64,000 bases of DNA from Clostridia bacterium (lineage in GTDB: Bacteria > Bacillota > Clostridia > TANB77 > CAG-465). Positions 29,604-39,376 of the stretch are shown here, piece after piece. The notes beneath the pieces are model-generated. The model did not search any database. It had not been told where the DNA came from and saw only the letters and a program-made list of their open reading frames with translations. The stretch is from the NCBI GenBank assembly GCA_026415435.1, contig JAOAHC010000040.1, positions 137,456-201,455 on the forward strand, read 5' to 3'. The first letter of the stretch is position 1. Every line of letters begins with the position of its first letter. Made by a program: the position numbers and the translations under genes.

Positions 29604-30277
29604 ATAATCTCAACTCCTCCAAACATACAAGTACTATTTACATATATAGTAGGCATATTTTCACCAGCTACAGGATTTACCTTGTTGCTAACACCACCGA
29701 AAACAGGTGTACTTGACACTTTAACCCTTACATTTTGGGGTACTAAGATTTTTATTCCGCCAAATATAGCACTAGCTTCTATAACTATGTCGCTATCTAT
29801 AATAGCATTTTTTAAATTTAAGTCAACACCACCAAAAGTAGCATTTATATTAGCACCTTCAAACTTTTCAGCTGGAAAATTTACTTCTTGACCACTAAAT
29901 ATCGCATTATACTCATTTAAACCATTTTTATTTAAAGTCTTTATTGTCTTGTAATTTTTATTAAATTGATCTTTAAATATTATATTTACACCTATTAATA
30001 AAAATATAGTTGGTACTATAAGTTTTGCAAATGTGTCATATCCTAAAATATCTCTTGCAGATAATAAGAAGAATACACCTATTAGTAGAACTATAACATT
30101 TGATGTTTTAATACCATTTTGTACCATACTAACTACTGCTGGCACTATTATAAATAAAGTCCACCAACCTTCAAAGAACACATTAAAATCTACTACATTA
30201 AAAGATTTAAGTGCAGCAATAAGGCCAATTAGTATAAATGCTGCTCCCCATAATATATTTCCAAATTTATCTTTCAT
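29600..30277 (-). CDS. LiaF-like (DUF2154) membrane protein, a cell-wall-active-antibiotic response family
   Basis: 225 aa. N-terminal TM helices. C-terminal FGG-repeat domain (FGGVDLNL, FGGIKILV, FGGVSNKV, FGGVEII). 4-nt overlap with the downstream DUF4097 gene. Confidence 0.5.
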   Translation of the reverse strand: MKDKFGNILWGAAFILIGLIAALKSFNVVDFNVFFEGWWTLFIIVPAVVSMVQNGIKTSNVIVLLIGVFFLLSARDILGYDTFAKLIVPTIFLLIGVNIIFKDQFNKNYKTIKTLNKNGLNEYNAIFSGQEVNFPAEKFEGANINATFGGVDLNLKNAIIDSDIVIEASAIFGGIKILVPQNVRVKVSSTPVFGGVSNKVNPVAGENMPTIYVNSTCMFGGVEII

Positions 30278-30396
30278 TAAAATCCCTCCATTTTAACTAT
30301 ATTATACCATAAAAAATATAATAATCAACTATAAATTTAACATATTTTTACTTTTTTCTTAATTATATTATTTTATTAAATTTTTCATATAAAAAA

Positions 30397-30429
30397 TGAG
30401 ATATAAGTAATTTTTAAACTTATATCTCA
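30397..30429 (-). terminator. Terminator downstream of the DEAD-box helicase gene
   Basis: tgagatataag / cttatatctca stem with 6 T on the minus strand. Confidence 0.5.
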
Positions 30430-30444
30430 TCCTTATTTTAGTTT

Positions 30445-32178
30445 TTATTTTCTCTTTCTCTTAAAATTTTCAGGACTTTTACGTCTATTATCCTTTTTAT
30501 CAGAGAACATACTCTTATTACCTCTTCTTTTGTCTTCTCTTTTTCCGCCATTTTCTCTACTTGATCCTGAAACTTCTAAATTTAAATCTCTACCGTTATA
30601 TTCTTTACCATTCATGTTTTTTAGAACCTGATCAACATATTCTTTATCAATATTTACAAATGAAAACTTATCTAAAACTTTAATATCTGATATAGAATTT
30701 TTAGGTACTTTTAAATCATCTATAAGCATGTCTCTCATAGCACCTGTATCAAATCCATCTAATTTACCCATATTAACAAACATTCTAGTTATATTACCAT
30801 TTATAATACCTTCTGAATTGATATTTCTACTTCTAGACTTACCATCTTTTTTATCTGTATCAGAACTACTAATCGTTTTATTAGCTTTCTCAAATTCAAG
30901 TTTCAATAGTACAGCAGCAATATCTAAACTTGTCATATTTTCTTCTGCTATAATCTTTTCAACTATATTAACATATTTTGAAATATTTCCTTTTTCAAGA
31001 TCAGCTTTAATTTTTTGAACTTTTTGCATTATTTTTTTATCTAATACATCTTCATAAGATGGAGCTTTATATAAATTAATATTTGCTTTTGCATATTTTT
31101 GAATATCCTTTAATTTATATATTTCTCTACCTACTACAAAAGTATATGCTTTTCCAAATCTACCTGCTCTACCAGTTCTTCCTATTCTATGTACATAGTA
31201 CTCTTCATCACTTGGAATATCATAGTTAAATACTACATCTATGTCGTCTATATCTATACCTCTCGCAGCTACATCTGTCGCAACAAGAATATCAATATCG
31301 CCTTTTCTAAATTTTCTCATTATTACATCTCTTTGACTTTGACGTATGTCCCCATGTAATGCTTCAACCATATAACCACTAGCTTGTAAATGTAGAGTAA
31401 CATCATCAACTTTTCTTTTTGTATTACAAAATACAACTGCAAGTTTTATATTCATTGAGTCTAGTAATCTTGTTAATACATCAGCTTTACTAGCTTCTGA
31501 AACTTCTAAATAATATTGTTCAATATTAGGAGTTACAAGTTCTACATGTGAAATCTTAATTTTTACTGCATCCTTTTTTTGGTATTTTGCAGTTATATCC
31601 ATTATACCTTTTGACATAGTAGCTGAAAATAATATTATTTGTCTATTTTCTGGTGCTTGTTTTAAAATAGTATCAATATCTTCTCTAAATCCCATATTTA
31701 ACATTTCATCAGCTTCATCAAGAATAAACATTGAAACATTAGCTAGCTTTAAAGTTTTTCTTCTCATATGATCCATTACTCTACCAGGAGTACCTACAAC
31801 TATTTGAGGATTCTTTTTAAGAGCAGCTATTTGTCTATCAATTTGTTGACCACCATATATAGGAATAATTTTTGCTTCTTCTGTATATTTTGTAAGTTGT
31901 TTTAAACCTTCACATGTTTGAATTGCAAGTTCTCTAGTTGGACATAGAACTAAAACTTGAACATCTTTACTATTTAAATCTAGTTTCTCAATTGCTGGGA
32001 TACCAAAAGCAAATGTTTTACCTGTTCCAGTTTGAGCAAGTCCAGTTACATCTTTTCCTTCCATTATATGTGGTATTGATTCAGCTTGAATTGGTGTTGC
32101 CTCTTCATAACCAATACTATCAATTGCCATTTGAACGCTATTTGATAGATTTAGATCTTTAAATTTTACATTATTCAT
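30445..32178 (-). CDS. cshA: DEAD-box ATP-dependent RNA helicase (CshA/DeaD-like) with C-terminal DbpA-type RNA-binding domain and basic tail
   Basis: 577 aa. Q-motif TPIQ, AQTGTGKT, DEAD, SAT. Arg/Lys-rich C-terminus. Confidence 0.8.
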   Translation of the reverse strand: MNNVKFKDLNLSNSVQMAIDSIGYEEATPIQAESIPHIMEGKDVTGLAQTGTGKTFAFGIPAIEKLDLNSKDVQVLVLCPTRELAIQTCEGLKQLTKYTEEAKIIPIYGGQQIDRQIAALKKNPQIVVGTPGRVMDHMRRKTLKLANVSMFILDEADEMLNMGFREDIDTILKQAPENRQIILFSATMSKGIMDITAKYQKKDAVKIKISHVELVTPNIEQYYLEVSEASKADVLTRLLDSMNIKLAVVFCNTKRKVDDVTLHLQASGYMVEALHGDIRQSQRDVIMRKFRKGDIDILVATDVAARGIDIDDIDVVFNYDIPSDEEYYVHRIGRTGRAGRFGKAYTFVVGREIYKLKDIQKYAKANINLYKAPSYEDVLDKKIMQKVQKIKADLEKGNISKYVNIVEKIIAEENMTSLDIAAVLLKLEFEKANKTISSSDTDKKDGKSRSRNINSEGIINGNITRMFVNMGKLDGFDTGAMRDMLIDDLKVPKNSISDIKVLDKFSFVNIDKEYVDQVLKNMNGKEYNGRDLNLEVSGSSRENGGKREDKRRGNKSMFSDKKDNRRKSPENFKRKRK

Positions 32179-32415
32179 TTTTATTTCCTTTCAATATACT
32201 ATATATATTTATTAAGATCAAATAGTTAGGTTATTTTTTACAAAAAAATAAATCACATATTAATACTGTGACCTACACATATATCAACTATATACCTACA
32301 TTAAATTTTGTAAAACAATATATTTGTTTCTTATATAATATATTATATCATATAATCTTTATAAAATAAAGAGTTTTATGTAAAATAGTATAATCAATTT
32401 TTAACATTAGTATAC

Positions 32416-32451
32416 AAAAAAATCCCACTTTTATTTTAAAAGTAGGATTTT
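32416..32451 (-). terminator. Terminator downstream of the DUF1254/DUF1214 gene
   Basis: aaaatcccactttt / aaaagtaggatttt stem (one G.U pair on the RNA), followed by a T-run. Confidence 0.45.
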
Positions 32452-32460
32452 AATATATTT

Positions 32461-34014
32461 TTATTTTACTTCCATTATAGAAGGTGGGTTCCATATATAT
32501 TTTAATACTGTCTGTTTTGGCCAGTAGAGTCTTAACACAAGATAAAAATCTTCTGTTGGTGATGGTAACCAATTGCTTTGTTTTAATTGACCCGGCGAAG
32601 TATTTTGAACATATATATCCAAAGAACCATCAGAATTATAGTTTAGCTTTCCCAAATGTGGTGAAATTGCATATCTATTTATTGGATTAGCAATAAATCT
32701 ACCGTCTTTGTTATACATTGAAATAGACCAAAATGCATTTACAGGTGGCAAATCATTTTTGTTAAAATGAATAATATAATTTTTCTTTCCACTAAGCTTA
32801 TTTTTATTGTTATCTAAATATGATATAGCAAAAACCTCATCTTCCGGAAGATTAGCTGCAAGTTTTATTTTTGCAATAGCTGCTCTTCTTCTATAATCTT
32901 TGCCGTATATTCCTATATTCTCACGGATAATAGACCAACCATTTACCATATTTTCGTTACTAATAGTTGCTATATCTTCATCGATTGCCATAGGCCCATT
33001 ATTAATAGCATATTGTAGTGCTTCTTTACTCTCATCTGATAAGCTATTATAATCAAAATCAAGAGATGGCATTATACCCAACATCTCTAGTTTTTTGTCC
33101 ATATCTGGATCCTTTTCTTCCGGTGGATACAAATACATTGCCTTAGCCATAGTTTCAAAATATGTTTTTGCATCCATATCATTTACTATTTCATGAGGTG
33201 ATTTTGTTCCCGAGACTAAATTATTGAAAATATCTGTGTTGTCATATGTAGTACTGAAAGTATAATCAATTGTTTCATCCATCGGCTTTAAAATGTACTT
33301 TTCTTGTATTACATTTACAGTCTTGTAATCTTCTGATCCATTAACTTTTGTTTGACCTACTAGCCATACAGAGTTATTTGGAGCCTCAACCGGAATATAA
33401 TCTTCTGGTAATTTACCATTATAGTTTGGTCCGTATATTATGAATCGGTTTGGTCTTGTTCCAGTGGTTCTTGTACCAAGCGAAGAAAATACATTTGTCC
33501 AAGGATCAATCACTTGAAATATATTATAATGTCCTATTGTATCTGGAACTACAAGTATTATAGGTCCTTTGCTTAGATCTAGCCAAGACATCGAATATAG
33601 CATATCTGAATTTGGATCTAAGACAGTCTTTGTATTATAATTTGGTAAAGTTAATTGATGTACAAATTTATTAACTTTATATCCGTTATTTAACATATTT
33701 GCACGTGTAACCATCATTAAAACTAGAGGATATCCATACACATATGCATCTAGTGCAGCTAAATTAAGATTCATAGAATCTTCATATCTGGTTTGTATCG
33801 GATAATATTGGTAAGGACAATTTTTTTTATTATTACTATAGCATGGAAACATAGGTATGAATACTGGTATATGCGAATAGAAATTATGTAGTTGTGGATA
33901 TTGAATTCCTAGTCCTAAATATGGGAAAGGTAATCTATTCATATAAAAAAAGTCATCACCATCATATTCTTCATTATTTTTATTATATTTATAATATTCG
34001 TTATTATAAATCAT
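32461..34014 (-). CDS. DUF1254/DUF1214 family protein with an unusual Tyr/Asn/Pro-rich N-terminal extension
   Basis: 517 aa. AYVYGYPLVLM (DUF1254 hallmark) and AFWSISMYN (DUF1214 hallmark). No signal peptide. The first ~85 aa are low-complexity and Tyr-rich. Confidence 0.45.
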   Translation of the reverse strand: MIYNNEYYKYNKNNEEYDGDDFFYMNRLPFPYLGLGIQYPQLHNFYSHIPVFIPMFPCYSNNKKNCPYQYYPIQTRYEDSMNLNLAALDAYVYGYPLVLMMVTRANMLNNGYKVNKFVHQLTLPNYNTKTVLDPNSDMLYSMSWLDLSKGPIILVVPDTIGHYNIFQVIDPWTNVFSSLGTRTTGTRPNRFIIYGPNYNGKLPEDYIPVEAPNNSVWLVGQTKVNGSEDYKTVNVIQEKYILKPMDETIDYTFSTTYDNTDIFNNLVSGTKSPHEIVNDMDAKTYFETMAKAMYLYPPEEKDPDMDKKLEMLGIMPSLDFDYNSLSDESKEALQYAINNGPMAIDEDIATISNENMVNGWSIIRENIGIYGKDYRRRAAIAKIKLAANLPEDEVFAISYLDNNKNKLSGKKNYIIHFNKNDLPPVNAFWSISMYNKDGRFIANPINRYAISPHLGKLNYNSDGSLDIYVQNTSPGQLKQSNWLPSPTEDFYLVLRLYWPKQTVLKYIWNPPSIMEVK

Positions 34015-34073
34015 AAAATACCTCCTTTCTTATACATTTTATTCTAAAACATTTATTAGTGATACTTAAAATT

Positions 34074-34113
34074 AAAAACTTCAAGAATAAATTAACTTAT
34101 TCTTGAAGTTTTT
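34074..34113. terminator. Bidirectional terminator downstream of xth
   Basis: 17-bp stem aaaaacttcaagaataa / ttattcttgaagttttt with T-runs on both strands. Confidence 0.5.
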
Positions 34114-34138
34114 AATTTTTTTCATTATTTAAAAGTTA

Positions 34139-34891
34139 CTAGAATATATCAAGTCCTATTGGACAATGATCGCTTCCTAACACATCACCATATATATAGG
34201 CATCTTTTATCTTACCTTTTAATTCATTGGAAACTACAAAGTAATCAATACGCCAACCGACATTTTTGGCTCTTGCATTAAACATATAGCTCCACCATGT
34301 ATATGCATCTGTTTTCTCTGGATATATATGTCTAAATGTATCTATAAATCCTGCATCCAATAACTCACTAAATTTTCCTCTTTCCTCATATGTGAAACCC
34401 GCATTCCCTATATTTTGCTTGTAATTTTTTATATCTATTTCATTATGTGCCACATTAAAGTCACCACAAATTACAACAGGTTTAGTCTTTTCAAGATCTT
34501 TTAAATATTTTCTAAAAGTATCTTCCCATATCATACGATAAGGTAATCTTTCTAACTCCCTCTTTACATTAGGAGTATATAAATTTACCAAATAGAAATC
34601 ATCATATTCTACAGTTATAATTCTTCCTTCATCATCGTGTTCTACAATACCCATACCATATGTAACACTTATTGGTTTTGTCTTTGTCAAAACCAATGTA
34701 CCTGAATATCCCTTTTTAGTAGCACTGTTCCAATAATCATAATATCCTTCAAAGCTAATATCTAATTGTTCTTTTTCCATTTTAGTTTCTTGAATACATA
34801 CTACATCAGCGTTTATTTCATTTAAAAATTCTAAAAACCCTTTTTTCAAACAAGCTCTAAGACCTGCAACATTCCATGATACTAGTTTCAT
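34139..34891 (-). CDS. xth: Exodeoxyribonuclease III
   Basis: 250 aa. MKLVSWNVAGLRA start and the ExoIII/APE catalytic residue pattern (DHCP at the C-terminus). Confidence 0.8.
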   Translation of the reverse strand: MKLVSWNVAGLRACLKKGFLEFLNEINADVVCIQETKMEKEQLDISFEGYYDYWNSATKKGYSGTLVLTKTKPISVTYGMGIVEHDDEGRIITVEYDDFYLVNLYTPNVKRELERLPYRMIWEDTFRKYLKDLEKTKPVVICGDFNVAHNEIDIKNYKQNIGNAGFTYEERGKFSELLDAGFIDTFRHIYPEKTDAYTWWSYMFNARAKNVGWRIDYFVVSNELKGKIKDAYIYGDVLGSDHCPIGLDIF

Positions 34892-34910
34892 AATATCTCC
34901 AATCCAACTA

Positions 34911-35393
34911 TTATAAATATCTTTTTTCTAATTCTAATAGTTCTGACTTTAAACAAAGTCCACCTGCATATCCTACAAGATTACCATTTTTTCCAATTAC
35001 TCTATGACAAGGTATAACTATCATTATCTTGTTTTTATTATTAGCATTTCCAACAGCGCGACAAGCCTTAATATTTCCCACTCTTTTAGATAATTCCTCA
35101 TACGATATAGTAGTGCCATATTGAATTTTTAAAAGTTCTTTCCAAACCTTAATTTGAAATTCTGTACCTGAAAAATTTATGTTTAAATTAAATATTTTTC
35201 TCTTACCAGAAAAATATTCATCTAATTGCCTTACACACTCATTAATTATTTCAGGAATATATTCTGAGTTTTCAAAATGTTCTTTAACAGTTTTAATGCT
35301 AATAATTTGAGTTTCATTTGATACTATCTCTAAGACACCTAAAATACATTTATATTTATATTTAAACTCTTCAAAAGACTCTGTTTTCTTCAT
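34911..35393 (-). CDS. ogt: Methylated-DNA--protein-cysteine methyltransferase
   Basis: 160 aa with VIPCHRVIG active-site motif. Confidence 0.75.
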   Translation of the reverse strand: MKKTESFEEFKYKYKCILGVLEIVSNETQIISIKTVKEHFENSEYIPEIINECVRQLDEYFSGKRKIFNLNINFSGTEFQIKVWKELLKIQYGTTISYEELSKRVGNIKACRAVGNANNKNKIMIVIPCHRVIGKNGNLVGYAGGLCLKSELLELEKRYL

Positions 35394-35405
35394 AAAATAT
35401 TATAC

Positions 35406-36065
35406 CTACTTAATATTGGATGCTTTGTTGTTTTTTAATTTATTAACTATATAAGTTATAAGTATAGGTAAAAGTGAAAGTGCAATAACTAATATTATAA
35501 CAAGAGAAAATCTTTCTTTAACAAAACTAATATTACCAAAGAAAAACCCTGCAGCTGTAAATATTGTTACCCATAGTATACTTCCAAACAAATTATATTT
35601 TAAAAATTTTATATAATCCATTTTACCTGAACCTGCCACAAACGGCACAAAAGTTCTAAGTATTGGCATAAATCTAGCTAAAACTATTGATTTACCGCCA
35701 TGTCTATTAAAAAATTCCTGTGTCTTATCAAAATGTTCTTTTTTAATTATTTTTCTGTTTTCTAGATTTTCAATTTTATTAGAAAGCTTCTTACCTATAT
35801 GATAATTAACTGTATCTCCTAAAAATGCAGCTATTAATAGTACAAAATATAGTACAAACACGTTTAAACTGTTCATAGCAGCAAACGCACCTGCTGCAAA
35901 TATAAGTGAATCTCCTGGTAAAAAAGGCATTATAACTAAGCCTGTTTCACAAAATATTATTAAAAAAATAAAAAGATAAGTTTCCGTACCATATGTTCTT
36001 AATATTGTTCCTAAATGTTCATCAATGTGAATTATAAAATTCACTAAATAAAGTATTATATTCAT
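35406..36065 (-). CDS. DedA-family membrane protein
   Basis: 219 aa. Multi-TM. The motif F.E.G..I.PFLPGDSL is typical of DedA/SNARE-associated proteins. Confidence 0.7.
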   Translation of the reverse strand: MNIILYLVNFIIHIDEHLGTILRTYGTETYLFIFLIIFCETGLVIMPFLPGDSLIFAAGAFAAMNSLNVFVLYFVLLIAAFLGDTVNYHIGKKLSNKIENLENRKIIKKEHFDKTQEFFNRHGGKSIVLARFMPILRTFVPFVAGSGKMDYIKFLKYNLFGSILWVTIFTAAGFFFGNISFVKERFSLVIILVIALSLLPILITYIVNKLKNNKASNIK

Positions 36066-36231
36066 TTTTCCCCCTATTGTTATTTCTTAATTTTCATAAA
36101 CTTTCTATGTGAAATTACATAATAACATCTATATATGATATCACACATATTATATTTCGACAATACTTTTTTTTATATAATATATAAAAAATAAGTTATA
36201 TATAGTTATACAACTTATTTCATTATTACTC

Positions 36232-37431
36232 TTACAATATATTATTTAATCTTTGAGCTGCCTCTTTAGTATTTTCCTCACTATTAAATCCAGTAAGTCT
36301 AAAATAGCCTTCACCATTTTTTCCAAAACCAGACCCTGGAGTTCCTACTATATTTGCTTCATGAAGTAAATAATCAAAAAACTCCCAAGATTTCATACTA
36401 TTTGGACACTTTAACCATATATATGGAGAATTTATGCCCCCTGTATATTCTATATTTTTAGATTTTAGCACTTCTGTTATAATTTCAGCATTGTTCATAT
36501 AATATTCTATCATTGCTTTACATTCATTTTGGCCCTTTTTAGTAAATACCACTTCTGCTGCTTTTTGTACAACATATGATACACCATTAAATTTTGTTGA
36601 TTGTCTCCTAAACCATAACTTATTTAAATTAATATCTTTAAATATAAGTTTATTTGGAACTATTGTATACCCTAATCTTAATCCAGTAAAACCAGCACTT
36701 TTAGATAAACTACAAAACTCAATTGCGCATTTTTCAGCATTTTTAACCTCATATATGCTGCGAGGAAGTCCCTTTTGAGATATGTATGAATGATAAGCTG
36801 AATCATATAGTATAATAGCTTTATTTATCAATGCATACTCCACCCATTCTTCTAATTGTTTTTTATTATATACACTTCCTGTAGGATTATTAGGAGAGCA
36901 TAAATAAATAATATCACATTTTTGTTTTTTATTTGGCATTGGTAAAAAATCATTTTTACTTGTAGAATCGATATATTTTATCTTTCTACCATTTATTATA
37001 TTTGTATCCACATATACAGGGTAAACGGGATCTGGCACTAACACAATATTTCTTTTATCAAACAAATCGGTAATATTAGAAATATCACTTTTAGCTCCAT
37101 CTCCTATAAATATCTCATTTGTATCTAATTTTACACCAAATTTATTATAATACTTTGATATGCTATCTCTTAAAAAATCATAACCTTGTTCAGGTCCATA
37201 ACCTTTAAATGTTTCAGTCTTAGACATATCTATTACAGCCTTATTTAGTGCTTCAATTGTCGACTTGGTAAGTGGCAAAGTAACATCACCTATTCCAAGT
37301 TTTATTATTTTTTTATCTGGATTTTCCTTAGAATATTCTTTTACCTTTTTTGCTATATCTGAAAATAAATAATTTTCTTTCAGTTTCAAGAAATTTTTAT
37401 TTATATTTAGCATAAAAAACCACCATCCCAC
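36232..37431 (-). CDS. dapL: LL-diaminopimelate aminotransferase (DapL)
   Basis: DapL-type N-terminus LNINKNFLKLKENYLF. PLP-Lys motif SLSKSAGFTGLRLGY. The likely start is the internal Met at 37413. Confidence 0.75.
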   Translation of the reverse strand: MGWWFFMLNINKNFLKLKENYLFSDIAKKVKEYSKENPDKKIIKLGIGDVTLPLTKSTIEALNKAVIDMSKTETFKGYGPEQGYDFLRDSISKYYNKFGVKLDTNEIFIGDGAKSDISNITDLFDKRNIVLVPDPVYPVYVDTNIINGRKIKYIDSTSKNDFLPMPNKKQKCDIIYLCSPNNPTGSVYNKKQLEEWVEYALINKAIILYDSAYHSYISQKGLPRSIYEVKNAEKCAIEFCSLSKSAGFTGLRLGYTIVPNKLIFKDINLNKLWFRRQSTKFNGVSYVVQKAAEVVFTKKGQNECKAMIEYYMNNAEIITEVLKSKNIEYTGGINSPYIWLKCPNSMKSWEFFDYLLHEANIVGTPGSGFGKNGEGYFRLTGFNSEENTKEAAQRLNNIL

Positions 37432-37473
37432 TATATACTATGATGGTAGTTTTGTTTTTATTAATGTTAATTT

Positions 37474-38580
37474 CTATTTTATGTATTTTCTTTCAACTCT
37501 TTTTCCTATATTTGTTAATATTTCATAATTTATGGTACCATCTATGTTTGCTAATTCATCAAGTGTTATATCATATTCGTTAAATATTATAACCTCATCT
37601 CCCACAGAAATATCATCCTTATCAGTAACATCTATCATACAAGAATCCATACAAATCCTACCTATTATGTTACATTTAGTGTTTCCAATTAAAACGCTAG
37701 CTTTATTAGATAGCGATCTTCTATATCCATCTGCATACCCAATACTTATAGTAGCTATTTTTGTTAGTCTTTTTGTAATATATGTTTGATTATATCCTAT
37801 TGGTGTGTCGCCCTCTACATAGAAAATATTAGTTATTGTACTAGTAAGTTTACATGTTGGTTTTAAATCAATTTTAGATATAAGTGAAGGATCAGGATAA
37901 TATCCATACATCATAATACCTGGTCTTATAGCATTACACTTATTATCTCTTACATTCACACTAGCAGCACTATTACTAGTATGAATTACATCAATACTAA
38001 TATTATTTTCTTCTAATTTTTCTAACAATTTTTCAAATCTTTCTTGTTGCAATTTAGTATATTCTTCATCTGAATCAGCACTAGAAAAATGCATATATAT
38101 TCCATTTATCTCAATATTTTTCATGTTATTTATTTGTGCTATTATATCAAAAGCTTCGTTGGGATTTATACCAAATCTATTCATTCCTGTATTTATTTCA
38201 ATATGTATTTTCTGCACCTTGTTTCTCTTATTGCATTCATTATTTAATATTTTCACATATTCTAGACTAGATATTCCTGGTATTATATTATCATAACTTA
38301 CTAATTCTTCTACTTCACTTGGTAATCCTGCACCCAATATAATTATAGGTAAAGTTATACCATTTTTTCTTAAAGAAACTGCTTCATACAGATATGCCAC
38401 TCCAAGATACTCTACTAAGTTACTTTGTTCTAAATATTTTGATACTTCATTAATACCCAAACCATAAGCATCTGCTTTTATCATAGCTATAACTTTACAG
38501 TTTTCAGACTGCATAGACCTTAAACTATTTAAATTATATTTTAAATTTTCTAAATTTACATAAAGTTTTGAATAAATCAT
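37474..38580 (-). CDS. alr: Alanine racemase
   Basis: 368 aa. PLP site AMIKADAYGLG. C-terminal beta-domain. Confidence 0.8.
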   Translation of the reverse strand: MIYSKLYVNLENLKYNLNSLRSMQSENCKVIAMIKADAYGLGINEVSKYLEQSNLVEYLGVAYLYEAVSLRKNGITLPIIILGAGLPSEVEELVSYDNIIPGISSLEYVKILNNECNKRNKVQKIHIEINTGMNRFGINPNEAFDIIAQINNMKNIEINGIYMHFSSADSDEEYTKLQQERFEKLLEKLEENNISIDVIHTSNSAASVNVRDNKCNAIRPGIMMYGYYPDPSLISKIDLKPTCKLTSTITNIFYVEGDTPIGYNQTYITKRLTKIATISIGYADGYRRSLSNKASVLIGNTKCNIIGRICMDSCMIDVTDKDDISVGDEVIIFNEYDITLDELANIDGTINYEILTNIGKRVERKYIK

Positions 38581-38589
38581 TTTTCTCTC

Positions 38590-39078
38590 CTATTTGTTAA
38601 AATATTCACTTGTTTTCTTAAGTTCATAAAAGTTATTTTGCCTTAAAACTTCATATGCAACGATAGCTACACTATTTGATAAGTTAAGAGATCTTATATC
38701 TGAAAACATTGGAATTCTTATGGCCTTATCGAAATTCTCAAGTATATACTTTTCTGGTATTCCTCTTGATTCTGGTCCAAACATCAAATAACAGTCTTCA
38801 CTATACTCTACATCGCTGTATATCTTATCTGCTTTTGTTGTAAGAAGAAAAAGGTTATTTGGACTATTAATATTTAAAAATTCTTCCAAATTTTCATATA
38901 CTTGAATATTTACTTTATCCCAATAATCTAATCCAGAACGTTTAACTGCCTTTTCACTTATATCAAAGCCCAGTGGCTTTATTAAATGTAATTTCGCATT
39001 TATAGCTGCGCAAGTTCTTGCTATATTTCCTGTGTTTTGTGGTATTTCTGGTTCTAATAGTACTATGTTTAACTCCAT
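38590..39078 (-). CDS. trmL: tRNA (cytidine/uridine-2'-O)-methyltransferase TrmL (SpoU/TrmH family)
   Basis: 162 aa. SPOUT fold motifs (EPEIPQNTGNIARTCAA, LLTTKA, LMFGPESRGIP). Confidence 0.7.
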   Translation of the reverse strand: MELNIVLLEPEIPQNTGNIARTCAAINAKLHLIKPLGFDISEKAVKRSGLDYWDKVNIQVYENLEEFLNINSPNNLFLLTTKADKIYSDVEYSEDCYLMFGPESRGIPEKYILENFDKAIRIPMFSDIRSLNLSNSVAIVAYEVLRQNNFYELKKTSEYFNK

Positions 39079-39264
39079 ATTGTTCTCCTTAAACTTTATA
39101 AACTTAACTTTTGAATGTAATTATACATCTCTAATATAGAATTATACATCATATTTTTTTATTATTCAACATTTTGCATATACTATTTTCATTAACTTTT
39201 TATATAAGTATTGACATTGATTAAATTTTCAGTTATAATATTCTTCGTAACAAAGTTACAATAT

Positions 39265-39341
39265 GGCGGCATAGCTTAGTTGGCTAGAGCGTTCGGTTCA
39301 TACCCGAAAGGTCACAGGTTCGACTCCCGTTGCCGCTACCA
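39265..39341 (+). tRNA. tRNA with CAU anticodon (elongator Met or lysidine-Ile2; not initiator-like)
   Basis: Cloverleaf read by hand. 7-bp acceptor stem GGCGGCA/TGCCGCT, D-arm GCTT..GAGC, anticodon stem-loop TTCGG-TTCATAC-CCGAA, T-loop TTCGACT, 3' ACCA. No C1:A72 mismatch and no GGG/CCC anticodon stem. Confidence 0.8.
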
Positions 39342-39348
39342 AAAAATG

Positions 39349-39376
39349 AAGTATCGATTTTATCGATACTTTTTTA
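39349..39376. terminator. Bidirectional terminator after the tRNA, also closing the convergent CNNM/TlyC gene
   Basis: aagtatcgat / atcgatactt 10-bp stem with a 3-nt loop, then TTTTT. Confidence 0.5.
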
